64,000 nt of DNA from an uncultured Bacteroidales bacterium. GTDB taxonomy: Bacteria > Bacteroidota > Bacteroidia > Bacteroidales > WCHB1-69. Location of the stretch: assembly GCA_900315245.1 (NCBI GenBank), contig OMYJ01000009.1, forward strand, positions 14,775-78,774, written 5' to 3'. Positions within the stretch are counted from its first letter, which is position 1, and every line of letters starts with the position of its first letter. The position numbers and the translations under genes were made by a program. This document shows positions 1-10,830 of the stretch, piece by piece. The notes under the pieces are model-generated. The model was not told where the DNA came from, did not search any database, and worked only from the letters and a program-made list of their open reading frames with translations.

Positions 1-1
1 C

Positions 2-2836
2 ATTGCCATTATTGTTGAGAATAACGCTGTCGAAATCTTCAATGGCTTTTCTATTGATGAGAACACGAAGTTACTCCATTCAATAGGCGGTGTCGAAAAA
101 TTGGATGATTTCACCTATTTTGAACTGGTTACTGGAAAGACGTGGGAAAAGTATCAGAAAGACCTCAGCCATAAAAACAGGGTTGATTATAAATTGTTGG
201 AGAACATTGAGGCAGCACAAGGGTTGATGATGAATCTTGGTTTATCTCAAACTTTGGTCAATGCCTTAATCGGCAAAATTATCTTTTATCGCTATTTGAT
301 AGACCGCAAAGTAAGACTAAATTATCAGGGCAAGGAAAGATGGGATAATAGAGACTTGTGTGAATGTTTGGCTAACAAAGATAGTTTTTTTGCCTTTGTC
401 CGTCATTTGGAGAATAAGGATACAGGTTTTAATGGTGACATGTTCAGAATCACCCCTGAAGATTATCAACTAATTAGTCAGGATGCACTAAATGTACTTA
501 TTAGGTTATTAGAGAGTGAAGACCTTATGACAGGCCAACGCTCTTTGTTTGACTTATACGATTTCTCTATCCTTCCGATAGAGTTCATAAGTAATATGTA
601 TGAAAGGTTTATCGGAGTTGACAAACAAAACAAGGAAAGTGCATATTATACACCAACTTTCTTGGTTGATTACATTATTGCCGAAACGGTAGAAAAACAT
701 TTGAGTGCCGACGACAGCTATAACTGCCGAATATTGGATCCTTCCTGCGGGTCGGGCATTTTCTTGGTTGAGTCTTTGCGAAGAATCATAGAAAAATACG
801 TAAAGGTTAAGAAGATCAAGAATACAAACAGTGAATCGTTCAGGGAGGGACTTAAAAAGCTGGTTTGTGACAATATCTTTGGCATAGACAAAGACTATGA
901 CGCTATTCAGGTGGCAATATTCTCCATTTACCTGACCTTGCTTGATTATCAAGAACCAGCGGACATCGAAAAATTCAAGTTCCCAAATTTGTTCGGAAAG
1001 AACCTGATATGTAGTGACACTTTTGATGTTGACAACCCAGAATTAAAGGACCTGGAAGAAAGGAAACTGCAGTTTGATTACATTATTGGGAATCCGCCAT
1101 GGAAAGGTTCTGGCGGGGACCAGCAAGCAAAGGCATATCTTAGCAGCAGAAAGAAAAAAGAACACAGAGGAACGAATGCCATCGGAGTAAACAACAATGA
1201 ATTAGCTGAGTATTTTGTATTCAGAGTGAGCGACTTTTGTTCAACAAACACAGAAGTGGCTTTGATAATTCATAGTACATCTTTATATAATTCGAAAGAT
1301 GGAGTAAGTGTTTTCCGCAAGTATTTGCTTGATCAATTCTATATAAAAGGTGTAACAGAATTAGCTTGTGTAAGGAAAGAGGTTTTTGATAAAACTAACG
1401 ATAAAGATAAATCTAACGACAAATCAATAGCACCAGCCTGTGTTTTGTTTTACAAATATGCAAATGGCAATAATACAGATTCCAATGTTATTACACATAT
1501 TTCCATAAAGCCAAGCCGTTTCTTTTCTTTGTTCAAAGTTTTCTCAATTTGTAGAAACGACATCCAAAAAGTGCAGCAAAATCGTTTAAAGGAAAACGAT
1601 TGGTTGTGGAAAGTTCTGGTATATGGGTCATATTTGGATTTTATTCTGATTTCAAGATTAAAAAAGATGGATACGGTTGAATCGGTACTTAAAGATAACA
1701 ATCGGTTCATTCATGCTACGGGCGTAGAATTCAGTGAAAATGATGCAAAATATGATTCTTCATCCTGGACAGGTAGGTGTTTTGTTAATACACGAGCAGT
1801 AGATTGTTTTTTCTTGAATCCCGATAAGATAGAAACCACCCATGTACAGAAACTGAGGAGGAACAGAAGTACCCAGCAAGATATTTTCTTGGCACCGATG
1901 CTTCTTGTCAGGCATGGCTTGGATGTTGATAAACTAATAGCGAGATCTGTAATATCAAATAAAGATGCTGTTTTTAAGAAATCATTGTTGTCTATCAAGG
2001 CATACAAACCTGAAGATATTAATGTATTGAAAAGCATATCATGTTCCTATGCCTCTGAAATCTTCTCTTATTTGTCAATTCTTACCTTTTCTTCGGTGGG
2101 TATTGAACGAGAGAATGCCAAAACCCAGGAGTTGCTAGGAATTCCTTATGTTGAGGTTGACGATTGTTTTTACGATGAAATAGAATCTTTATATAATCTT
2201 GGTTATAAGGAAAACAAAAAGATTCCGATAGATGAGATAAAAACGTGTAAAATAAAAGAGGATATTAAAGAAAAAGAAAAGAGCCTTGATAAAGCGATAA
2301 AAACTACGTTAAAGTTAAGCGATGATGAATTGGATTTGATAGATTACGCATTAAATGTAAATCGTTATGTTGTTCAAATTAATAGCACCAATACTATTTC
2401 TAAAAGAATAGAATTATTGCATAATTGCCCTGCTTTTAATGTAATCAAAAAAGAAGACAAGCAGCTAATTGATTATGCTCAAGTGTATATTGACCGATAT
2501 TCCAATAGTTTCAATAGAAACGGAAAGCGTTTTATGGTTGATATTCATTACTCTGAACAAATGATTGGTATGTTTTTCAGAGTGATTGATGAAAAAGATT
2601 TTACCGAAGAAATACATGTTTCCCAGACAGACAACAATCTGTTAGCTTTGGCAACCAAACTATCGTCTCAACGAATAACGGACCGGTTGTTTGTTCAAAA
2701 AGACATTCGTGGTTTTGAAAAAGAGTTCTTCTACGTTTTCAAGCCAAACGAAAAGCGCTTGTGGCACAAGGCTATTGCCCATTTGGATGTGAATGAATTT
2801 GATGATGCAATGTTAAGAGCGGGGAGGAACAAGTGA
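2..2836 (+). CDS. N6-adenine DNA methyltransferase (Eco57I/Type IIG-like, N-6 DNA methylase family), 5'-truncated by the window edge
   Basis: YYTP, motif I ILDPSCGSGIFL, motif IV IIGNPPW. The frame is open from position 2 (IAIIVENNAVEIFNG...), so the TTG at 101 is probably not the true start. Confidence 0.85.
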   Translation: MAIIVENNAVEIFNGFSIDENTKLLHSIGGVEKLDDFTYFELVTGKTWEKYQKDLSHKNRVDYKLLENIEAAQGLMMNLGLSQTLVNALIGKIIFYRYLIDRKVRLNYQGKERWDNRDLCECLANKDSFFAFVRHLENKDTGFNGDMFRITPEDYQLISQDALNVLIRLLESEDLMTGQRSLFDLYDFSILPIEFISNMYERFIGVDKQNKESAYYTPTFLVDYIIAETVEKHLSADDSYNCRILDPSCGSGIFLVESLRRIIEKYVKVKKIKNTNSESFREGLKKLVCDNIFGIDKDYDAIQVAIFSIYLTLLDYQEPADIEKFKFPNLFGKNLICSDTFDVDNPELKDLEERKLQFDYIIGNPPWKGSGGDQQAKAYLSSRKKKEHRGTNAIGVNNNELAEYFVFRVSDFCSTNTEVALIIHSTSLYNSKDGVSVFRKYLLDQFYIKGVTELACVRKEVFDKTNDKDKSNDKSIAPACVLFYKYANGNNTDSNVITHISIKPSRFFSLFKVFSICRNDIQKVQQNRLKENDWLWKVLVYGSYLDFILISRLKKMDTVESVLKDNNRFIHATGVEFSENDAKYDSSSWTGRCFVNTRAVDCFFLNPDKIETTHVQKLRRNRSTQQDIFLAPMLLVRHGLDVDKLIARSVISNKDAVFKKSLLSIKAYKPEDINVLKSISCSYASEIFSYLSILTFSSVGIERENAKTQELLGIPYVEVDDCFYDEIESLYNLGYKENKKIPIDEIKTCKIKEDIKEKEKSLDKAIKTTLKLSDDELDLIDYALNVNRYVVQINSTNTISKRIELLHNCPAFNVIKKEDKQLIDYAQVYIDRYSNSFNRNGKRFMVDIHYSEQMIGMFFRVIDEKDFTEEIHVSQTDNNLLALATKLSSQRITDRLFVQKDIRGFEKEFFYVFKPNEKRLWHKAIAHLDVNEFDDAMLRAGRNK

Positions 2837-3525
2837 TGGAAACAAGTTCAAGTTTAAACGCAACATCCTTCGTTTACTCTCAAACACGAAGAGATTCTTA
2901 CTTTGAATTAATTTTGACAACATGTGTTGATGTTTACCATGCTATTATTGGTTCTGCTATCCAATTAGCTAACGATGAGAATACAATAAGGGATGAGTTC
3001 TTGAAGTACTTACAAGACATGTGTTTTAAGCAAAGCCATGAATTGAAAAATTTGAAATTCGATAAAGAAACTGTTGAAAACTCAGGCCGTGCGGATATCC
3101 GAGTTTTGCCAACAAAAGATGAATATATTAACGATGAAGAATACTATCTGATTGAATGTAAGAGACTTGATTCAAAAAACCTAAATGGAATATATGGGCT
3201 TAATGCTGAATACATAAAAAATGGCATTTGCCGTTTTGTATCAGGTTATTATTCTACCTATTATGGATGTAATGCAATGTTTGGTTTTGTTGTAGAATCA
3301 GTTAATAATATTGATAAACTTGTAGGTGGCATAAATTCATTACTGAATACAACAATGACAAACGATCATGGATTTAATGTAAATGCAAAAGCAATAGATC
3401 CTTTGCAATATGCTGATTTCGCTGACCATTATCCATATTCATACATGTCTACACACACCCATATTTTAGGCAGCGAATTGGTCTTGTATCATCTAATGTT
3501 TGACTTTTCTAACAATATTATATGA
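2836..3525 (+). CDS. Hypothetical protein with PD-(D/E)xK-like nuclease motif
   Basis: GRADI...IECKRL pattern; the ATG overlaps the MTase TGA (TGATG) and its own stop overlaps the res ATG (ATGA). Confidence 0.6.
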   Translation: METSSSLNATSFVYSQTRRDSYFELILTTCVDVYHAIIGSAIQLANDENTIRDEFLKYLQDMCFKQSHELKNLKFDKETVENSGRADIRVLPTKDEYINDEEYYLIECKRLDSKNLNGIYGLNAEYIKNGICRFVSGYYSTYYGCNAMFGFVVESVNNIDKLVGGINSLLNTTMTNDHGFNVNAKAIDPLQYADFADHYPYSYMSTHTHILGSELVLYHLMFDFSNNII

Positions 3526-6194
3526 AACTCTCCTTCGAATCCAATCTTCAGTATCAGCAGGAAGCCATCCAAGCAGTTGTCGGACTCTTTGAGGGACAAT
3601 TGCAGGATGATGCTGTTTTTCAATATGATATAAATGAAAAACAGACAAGTCTGATTGATGGCATTGGCAACAAATTGGCTTTGTCGGAAGAACAGATTCT
3701 TTCCAATTTGCAGAAAGTGCAACGGCAGAATGAAATCACCCCTTCAGCGCAATTGGATGGTATGCACTTCTCTGTTGAAATGGAAACAGGAACAGGTAAG
3801 ACATACGTTTATTTGCGTACCATCTATGAGTTGAACAAGAAGTATGGCTTCAAGAAGTTTGTTATCGTTGTTCCTTCCGTCCCGATTCGTGAGGGCGTAT
3901 TGAAGAACCTGCAAATCACCCACGAGCATTTCCAGACGCTTTACGATAATACTCCGATGCGTTTTTATGTCTATGACCGCAACAAGATTTCGCAATTGAG
4001 AGGTTTTGCGGCAGGCGACAACATTGAAGTGCTGGTTATCAACATTGATTCTTTTGCCAAAGACGAAAATGTCATCAATAAGCCAAATGACAAACTCAAT
4101 GGTCAGGAGCCTATTAATTTCATCAAACAAGTTCAGCCTATTGTTATTGTTGATGAACCGCAAAACATGGAGTCGGAGAAGCGCTCGGCGGCCATCGCCA
4201 ACCTGAATCCGCTTTGCACCTTGCGTTATTCCGCCACGCATCGGAACTCTTATAACCTGATTTATTCGCTGAACCCAGTCAAAGCATACGATTTAGGCTT
4301 GGTAAAACAAATAGAGGTGGATTCCGTGTTGGAAGAGCATTCGTTGAACGGGGCTTTTGTGGAGTTGGTTTCCGTAACGGCGACCAAGACAAGGATCTCC
4401 GCCAAAATCACCATTGATTGCAATGACAAAAATGGTGTGAAGCGCAAAACGATTACGGTTAAAGCAGGCGACGATTTATATGAATTGTCCAATGAGCGGG
4501 AGATTTACCGCAACGGATACATTATAGAGGAGATTGATGCCATTGAGGGTTATGTCTCCTTCTCGAATAATGACATATTGTACAAAGGCGAAAAACGAGA
4601 CGACCTGAATGATGAGGTGATGAAAGCGCAAATGAGGAACACTGTTGAAGAGCACCTGAAAAAGGAGTTGAAACTCAACAAATCAGGCATCAAGGTGCTG
4701 TCTTTGTTTTTCATTGATCGCGTGGCCAATTATCGTTCATACAATGAAGACGGCAGTGAATCGAAAGGAAAGTTTGCCCTTTGGTTCGAAGAAATATACA
4801 ACGAATTGATCTCCAATCCCAAATATCAATCTTTGAACGTCTATTCTATTGACAAAATTCACAATGGCTATTTTTCACAAGATAAGAAAGGGCGTGTAAA
4901 AGACACTTCTGGAGAGACGCAAGCCGACGACAACACCTATAACTTAATCATGAAAGACAAGGAGAAGTTGCTGGACATGCAGAATCCGCTTCGTTTCATC
5001 TTTTCTCACACTGCTTTGCGGGAAGGCTGGGACAACCCTAACGTGTTCCAAATTTGTACCTTGAACGAGACCAAATCCGAAATGAAAAAGCGTCAGGAAA
5101 TCGGACGGGGTCTGCGTTTACCTGTCAATCAAGCGGGCGAACGGATTTATGACAAAAACATAAACCGTCTGACTGTCATAGCCAATGAATCATATAACGA
5201 TTTTGCCAAAGCTTTGCAAACCGAAATCTCAACCGAATGCGGTGTCGATTTTTCCGGAAGAATCAAGCCAAAAAGAGACAGAGTTGCTGTAAAATACCGA
5301 AAGGGCTTTGAAGCCGATCCCCGATTCCTGGAGATTTGGGACAGAATAAAGGGGAAGACGACCTATCGTGTTGTTTACGACACCGAGGAGCTCATAAAAC
5401 TGGCAGGTAAATCAGTAAAAGAGATGCCCGCTATCACCGCCCCTGTTATCCGCTCCACCAAAATGCGAATGAATATTACCGATGAAGGTATCAATGGAAA
5501 TTTGGCGAGCGATGTAACGGTGAAATATGAACGCTCCTATCCGATCCCGGACGTATTAGGTTATATCCAAAACCGAACAGAGCTTACACGTTTAACCATT
5601 TGGAAAATACTGGAAGTGTCAGGGAGAATGGACGATCTGCCAAGGAATCCGCAATTGTTTATGGATTATGCTGTCATTGCCATTAAAAAGGATTTGTATG
5701 CTTTGATGATTGACGGCATCAAATATCAGCGGATTGGCAACGAAAAGTATGAAATGCGATTATTCGAGGCACAGGAACTGGAAATTTACCTGAACGACTA
5801 CACCTTCAAAGTCAGTAATTCTGACAAAACCATCTATGAAGAATTTGTGCCGCTTGATTCAAGCGTTGAAAACCAGTTTGCCAAAGATTGTGAATCCAGC
5901 GAACAGGTGAAATTCTATTTCAAATTACCGGATTGGTTTAAAATACCCACTCCGATTGGTAACTATAATCCGGATTGGGCAGTTGTTTTTGAGGATGACA
6001 AAAAGATATATTTTGTCGCAGAGACAAAAGACACTGGCACAGGTATCGTTGATTTGACCAAACTACGTGAAAGTGAGCGACAAAAGATAAAATGTGGGGA
6101 AGCGCATTTTGGGCAATTTGATGATTTGGAATATTGTGTCACAAACAAAGTAAGCAATCTGACTCAGTCTTTAAAAACTAAAAAAACACACTGA
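3522..6194 (+). CDS. res: Type III restriction enzyme Res subunit (SF2 helicase + endonuclease)
   Basis: Walker A METGTGKT, DEPQ, LREGWDNPNVFQIC, QEIGRGLR, C-terminal YNPDW...VAETK nuclease motif. Confidence 0.92.
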   Translation: MKLSFESNLQYQQEAIQAVVGLFEGQLQDDAVFQYDINEKQTSLIDGIGNKLALSEEQILSNLQKVQRQNEITPSAQLDGMHFSVEMETGTGKTYVYLRTIYELNKKYGFKKFVIVVPSVPIREGVLKNLQITHEHFQTLYDNTPMRFYVYDRNKISQLRGFAAGDNIEVLVINIDSFAKDENVINKPNDKLNGQEPINFIKQVQPIVIVDEPQNMESEKRSAAIANLNPLCTLRYSATHRNSYNLIYSLNPVKAYDLGLVKQIEVDSVLEEHSLNGAFVELVSVTATKTRISAKITIDCNDKNGVKRKTITVKAGDDLYELSNEREIYRNGYIIEEIDAIEGYVSFSNNDILYKGEKRDDLNDEVMKAQMRNTVEEHLKKELKLNKSGIKVLSLFFIDRVANYRSYNEDGSESKGKFALWFEEIYNELISNPKYQSLNVYSIDKIHNGYFSQDKKGRVKDTSGETQADDNTYNLIMKDKEKLLDMQNPLRFIFSHTALREGWDNPNVFQICTLNETKSEMKKRQEIGRGLRLPVNQAGERIYDKNINRLTVIANESYNDFAKALQTEISTECGVDFSGRIKPKRDRVAVKYRKGFEADPRFLEIWDRIKGKTTYRVVYDTEELIKLAGKSVKEMPAITAPVIRSTKMRMNITDEGINGNLASDVTVKYERSYPIPDVLGYIQNRTELTRLTIWKILEVSGRMDDLPRNPQLFMDYAVIAIKKDLYALMIDGIKYQRIGNEKYEMRLFEAQELEIYLNDYTFKVSNSDKTIYEEFVPLDSSVENQFAKDCESSEQVKFYFKLPDWFKIPTPIGNYNPDWAVVFEDDKKIYFVAETKDTGTGIVDLTKLRESERQKIKCGEAHFGQFDDLEYCVTNKVSNLTQSLKTKKTH

Positions 6195-6199
6195 AATTT

Positions 6200-6958
6200 A
6201 TGCGCTACTTCCTCCACTTGGCATACAACGGCTCCGCGTTCTTCGGCTGGCAGATCCAACCGAACCACCCGTCTGTGCAAGAGACATTGGAGACCTGCCT
6301 GTCGCTACTGCTGCACGAGGAGCGCGTGGCGGTCACCGGCTGTGGCCGCACAGATACCGGCGTGAACGCCAGCTCTTTCTACGCTCATTTCGACACCGAG
6401 AAGGATTTCTCCCGAGACGAATGCCGGCAGTTGGTCCACAAGCTCAACAACTTCCTGCCGAAGGAAGTTGTTATCTTCGACCTGTTCGAGGTGGCTCCGG
6501 ACCTACACGCCCGTTTCGACGCCGAGAGCCGCACCTACCAGTACCACGTCTGTACCCGCAAAGATCCCTTCAAGCTCCAGTTCGCTTACCACTGCCACCG
6601 TGCCATCAACGTGGAGAAAATGAACGAGGCGGCGGCATTACTCCTTCAGAACGAAGACTTTACCAGTTTCTCGAAAGTGCATACGCAAGTCAACAACTTC
6701 ATCTGCCACGTTACAGAAGCACACTGGGACCGTGTGGGTGACGAACTCATCTTCACCGTCACGGCAAACCGCTTCCTGCGCAACATGGTCAGGGCGCTCG
6801 TGGGCACTTTGTTAGAAGTCGGCTTCGGCAAACTCACTATCCAAGATTTCCAAAACATTATCAACCAAAAAGATAGATGTGCGGCAAAAACTTCCGTTCC
6901 GGCGAATGCACTATTTTTGACGGAAGTACGTTATCCTCAAATGCTGAATGATGAATGA
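6200..6958 (+). CDS. truA: tRNA pseudouridine(38-40) synthase
   Basis: GWQIQPN, GCGRTDTGV catalytic motif, FLRNMVR. Confidence 0.95.
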   Translation: MRYFLHLAYNGSAFFGWQIQPNHPSVQETLETCLSLLLHEERVAVTGCGRTDTGVNASSFYAHFDTEKDFSRDECRQLVHKLNNFLPKEVVIFDLFEVAPDLHARFDAESRTYQYHVCTRKDPFKLQFAYHCHRAINVEKMNEAAALLLQNEDFTSFSKVHTQVNNFICHVTEAHWDRVGDELIFTVTANRFLRNMVRALVGTLLEVGFGKLTIQDFQNIINQKDRCAAKTSVPANALFLTEVRYPQMLNDE

Positions 6959-7000
6959 TGAATGCTGAATTATGAATTATGAATCATGAATTATGAATTA
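6940..7000. repeat. Heptamer tandem array (AATGATG/AATGCTG/AATTATG, about 8.7 units)
   Basis: Read directly; contains the truA stop codon and ends 2 nt before the next ATG. Confidence 0.9.
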
Positions 7001-7002
7001 AA

Positions 7003-8490
7003 ATGGGTCATTATAGAAACATACTGATAAGCACGATTTATTTGATATTAACGTTAACACTGGCATTCACCCTCCCAAGCTGTCACCGCAACAACAATGT
7101 GGAGGCGAAACTGGAGTTTTCGGCGGACACGGTGTTGTTCGACACAGTGTTCACCACTGTGACGTCAAGCACGCGAACTTTTGCTGTGCGTAACACGACT
7201 GGTTCGCCCGTGGAGGTTGATATCGTATTGGCAGGCGGAAAGCAGTCCTATTACAGCATCAACGTGGATGGCGTGGCGGGCACTGAGTTCCGCAATGTGG
7301 AGATTCCTGCACACGACAGCATTTTCGTCTTCGTGAAGGTAAATATAAATCCATCTGACCAAAATCTGCCCTATTTAGTGACTGATTCGGTAATGTTTTA
7401 TCAGAAAAACTGCACACAAGCGGTACAATTGGTGGCTTTCGGACAGGATGCTCATTTCATCGTCCCAAACCACGGCTCCTCCTCAATGCCTTACAGGATT
7501 ATCGCGCACGCTAACGAGCACGTTCACTGGACCAACGACAAGCCGTGGGTGATTTACGGCTGGGCGGTGGTGGATTCGCTCGGCAAGCTCACCATTGACC
7601 CTGGCACGAAGGTGTATGTACACCATGGTGGCGGCATCTGGGTTTATCGTTACGGCAACATCCACATCAACGGCACATTTGACGAGCCCGTGACCATCAC
7701 CGGTGACCGTCTGGAACCTTTCTTCGACCGTGATTACGCACAATGGAACGCGCTATGGATTAATGAAGGCAGTGAGGACAACCTCATCGAAAACGCCATC
7801 ATCTCAAATTCCTCGTATGGTATTCATTTAGAATCACTTGAAGAATTCACTGGCAACAAAACCATCATCAACAATTCAGTTATCCATAACAACCAAGTGA
7901 TGGGCATCCGGGCGGAGGGCGCTGTCTTGGAGATGAACAACTGCCAAGTCAGCAATAACGGCCAATACAGTCTTGCTTTGATGGTGGGCGACTTCACCTT
8001 CAATCACGTAACCGTGGCAAACTACTTCACACAATCCTCTCGCAAATCACCCGCAGTAGCGCTGACCAACAATTTTGAAAAGACGGAAGTTATTGGTGGT
8101 GCGGCGGTTAATGTTATTTATCTCGGTGATGCAAATGCCACCTTCAACAACTGCATCATCTACGGAACCTTAAGTAATGAATTCGGAACAGGTACAAAAA
8201 GCGGTGCAGAACTAAACTACACGTTCCACAACTGCATCGTCAAAAAAGACTCCATAGAGAACAATCATTTTATCAACTGCACAAACGCAAACCCCAAATT
8301 CATAGCCACTTACGGACAGAATTACAACATTGAGGAAAGTTCCCCTGCTGTGGACGCCGGCATGACCGGCTTGGGCATCAGCACCGACATTCTCGGTCGT
8401 CTGCGCAACGGCATTCCTGATATTGGAGCGTATGAGTATTATCCCATTCCAGAGGAAAAGGCTTATGTCAGAAACAGTGGTCGCTATTGA
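7003..8490 (+). CDS. Lipoprotein with right-handed beta-helix repeats and C-terminal choice-of-anchor-Q-like motif
   Basis: Lipobox-like LPSC after a hydrophobic stretch; Asn-rich beta-helix repeats; SSPAVDAG...DILGRLR..PDIGAYEY. Confidence 0.65.
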   Translation: MGHYRNILISTIYLILTLTLAFTLPSCHRNNNVEAKLEFSADTVLFDTVFTTVTSSTRTFAVRNTTGSPVEVDIVLAGGKQSYYSINVDGVAGTEFRNVEIPAHDSIFVFVKVNINPSDQNLPYLVTDSVMFYQKNCTQAVQLVAFGQDAHFIVPNHGSSSMPYRIIAHANEHVHWTNDKPWVIYGWAVVDSLGKLTIDPGTKVYVHHGGGIWVYRYGNIHINGTFDEPVTITGDRLEPFFDRDYAQWNALWINEGSEDNLIENAIISNSSYGIHLESLEEFTGNKTIINNSVIHNNQVMGIRAEGAVLEMNNCQVSNNGQYSLALMVGDFTFNHVTVANYFTQSSRKSPAVALTNNFEKTEVIGGAAVNVIYLGDANATFNNCIIYGTLSNEFGTGTKSGAELNYTFHNCIVKKDSIENNHFINCTNANPKFIATYGQNYNIEESSPAVDAGMTGLGISTDILGRLRNGIPDIGAYEYYPIPEEKAYVRNSGRY

Positions 8491-8538
8491 TTAATCAGAC
8501 ACCGCGAATAAACAGACATGTGATTTCGGAATAATTAT

Positions 8539-8546
8539 TACCTTTG
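8539..8546 (+). promoter_or_regulatory. Bacteroidetes sigma-70 -7 box (TAnnTTTG)
   Basis: TACCTTTG about 20 nt upstream of the DPP7 ATG. Confidence 0.6.
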
Positions 8547-8567
8547 CATTTTCAAATAAACACCTTT

Positions 8568-10712
8568 ATGAGTAAGAAAATCAACCTTTTATGCATCGCT
8601 TTGATGATGCTTGTTATGGGTGCGCGTGCCGATGAGGGTATGTGGCTCCCCTACTCCATCAATGGCCAGAATCTGGCTGATATGCAACGACTTGGCTGCA
8701 AGCTGACGGCAGAACAAATCTTCAGCTTCAACCAGCCCAGTCTCAAGGACGCCATCGTTCAGTTCGGCGGCGGCTGCACCGGCGAGCTGATTTCACCTGA
8801 GGGACTACTGCTCACCAACCACCACTGCGGCCTCGGCCAAGTGCAAGCCCACTCATCCGTGGAGCACGACTACCTGCAGGACGGTTTCTGGGCCCGCAGC
8901 AAGGCCGAAGAGCTCCCCAACGAAGGACTTACCGTCTCCTTCCTCGCTTACATTGAGGATGTCACCACGGCCATCCTGAAAGGTGTCACCGACGACATGT
9001 CCGAGGCCGACCGTGCCGCGAAAATTTCGGAGAACGGCAAGAAGCTGACTCTCGAGCGCAAAGGCAAACGCGATGTGGAGGTGGAAATCGTGCCGTTCTA
9101 CCACGGCAACCAATACATCTTGTTCGAATACGACGTCTATAGGGATGTCCGCCTCGTGGCCTGCCCGCCGTGGGGTATCGGCAAGTTCGGCGCCGACACC
9201 GACAACTGGACGTGGCCGCGCCACAAGGGCGACTTCTGCATCTTCCGCGTCTATACCGCCCCCGACGGCTCTCCCGCCAAATACAGCAAAGACAATGTCC
9301 CCATGAAATCGAAGCACTTCCTGCCGATTTCGCTGAAGGGAGTGCAACCCGGCGACTACACGATGATTCTCGGCTATCCCGGCAGCACCGACCGCTACTC
9401 TGCCTCCGGCGCCGTGAAGAACGTTATTGACCTCGAAGGACCCGCCATCGTGGATTGCCGTACCACCAAGTTAGAGCAGTACCGCAAGCACATGGACGCT
9501 GACCCCGCTGTCTTCATCCAATATGCCTCCAAACAGGCCAGCGTCAGCAACTATTGGAAATATTACATCGGCCAGGTGAAACAGCTGAAGCGCAACAAAG
9601 TGTATGAGAAACGTTTGGAACAGGAGCAGGCTTTCCGCCAGTGGGCCGCACAGGACAAAAACCGCAAAGCCAAATATGACGGCATTTTCGACGAAATGAA
9701 TAACTACTGGAACTACCAGTCCAAATACCAGAAGGCGCTGATCTATCACCGTGAAGCCGGCTGGCACGGCGGCGAGGCCGTGTCTTTCGCCCTGAGATTC
9801 AGACGGATAAACAGTGTGATTGAAAGCAAAGACAATAGTCAGAAAATCATCAACGCCCACGCCAACGGCTTGAAGAAAGCGGCTCAAGACTTCTTCAAGG
9901 ACTACAACAAAGCTCTCGACCGCGACGTCACCATCGCCCTGCTGAACCTGTTCTACAAAGATGTGAACCCCGCCCAGCTGCCCGCCACCATCAAAAAAGT
10001 GGGTGACAAAAACCACGGCGATTTCACCGCTTTTGTAGATAACGCTTTCGCCAAATCCATCTTCGTGGATCAGGCAAAGATGGAAGCTTGGTTGAACAAT
10101 CCAAAATCTCTGTCGAAAGACCCTGTCTATGCCCTGATGTACGACATCCTGCAGTCATATTGGAATTTGAGCGATCAGGCCGAAAAAGTGGAATGCGGCC
10201 GCGCTAACCGCCTCTATATGGAAGGGTTGATGGAGATGCAAAAGGATCGCAATTTCTATCCCGACGCCAACTTCACCATGCGCCTCACCTACGGCAGTGT
10301 CCAGGATTGCCAGCCGGCCGACGCCATCACCTACAACTACATCACCACCCTCGACGGTGTGATGGCCAAGTATAAACCCGGCAACTGGGAGTTTGACGTG
10401 CCGCAAGACCTCATCAAACTGTGGGAAAACCACGATTACGGCCGCTATGCCGACAAAAACGGTGATCTGGTCGTCAACTTCATCACCACCAACGATATTA
10501 CGGGAGGTAACTCCGGCAGCCCGGTCATCGATGCGCAAGGCAACCTCATTGGACTCGCCTTCGACGGCAACTGGGAAGCCATGAGCGGAGACATCGCTTT
10601 CGAAAATGAAGTCCAGCGCACCATCTGCATGGATATGCGTTACCTGCTCTTCATCATCGACAAGATGGCCAACGCCCAGAATTTGATGCAGGAACTGAAG
10701 ATTGTGCAATAA
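8568..10712 (+). CDS. dpp7: S46 family dipeptidyl-peptidase 7
   Basis: DEGMWLP, TNHHCG, TGGNSGSPV, and FDGNWE (Gly = DPP7 rather than Arg = DPP11). Start moved to MSKKINLL, downstream of the promoter box. Confidence 0.9.
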   Translation: MSKKINLLCIALMMLVMGARADEGMWLPYSINGQNLADMQRLGCKLTAEQIFSFNQPSLKDAIVQFGGGCTGELISPEGLLLTNHHCGLGQVQAHSSVEHDYLQDGFWARSKAEELPNEGLTVSFLAYIEDVTTAILKGVTDDMSEADRAAKISENGKKLTLERKGKRDVEVEIVPFYHGNQYILFEYDVYRDVRLVACPPWGIGKFGADTDNWTWPRHKGDFCIFRVYTAPDGSPAKYSKDNVPMKSKHFLPISLKGVQPGDYTMILGYPGSTDRYSASGAVKNVIDLEGPAIVDCRTTKLEQYRKHMDADPAVFIQYASKQASVSNYWKYYIGQVKQLKRNKVYEKRLEQEQAFRQWAAQDKNRKAKYDGIFDEMNNYWNYQSKYQKALIYHREAGWHGGEAVSFALRFRRINSVIESKDNSQKIINAHANGLKKAAQDFFKDYNKALDRDVTIALLNLFYKDVNPAQLPATIKKVGDKNHGDFTAFVDNAFAKSIFVDQAKMEAWLNNPKSLSKDPVYALMYDILQSYWNLSDQAEKVECGRANRLYMEGLMEMQKDRNFYPDANFTMRLTYGSVQDCQPADAITYNYITTLDGVMAKYKPGNWEFDVPQDLIKLWENHDYGRYADKNGDLVVNFITTNDITGGNSGSPVIDAQGNLIGLAFDGNWEAMSGDIAFENEVQRTICMDMRYLLFIIDKMANAQNLMQELKIVQ

Positions 10713-10734
10713 TTGAAGAGACCTGTTACAATTA

Positions 10735-10770
10735 AAGAAGGGATGCCGCAATGCTGCATCCCTTCTTCTT
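10735..10770. terminator. Hairpin between convergent genes, probable terminator
   Basis: GAAGGGATGC-cgcaatgct-GCATCCCTTC followed by TTCTT. Confidence 0.6.
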
Positions 10771-10830
10771 GTTATATGATTCACACGATGACTGACGTGT
10801 GGGTTGATTCGCGGGAGGAAACGATTCGTT

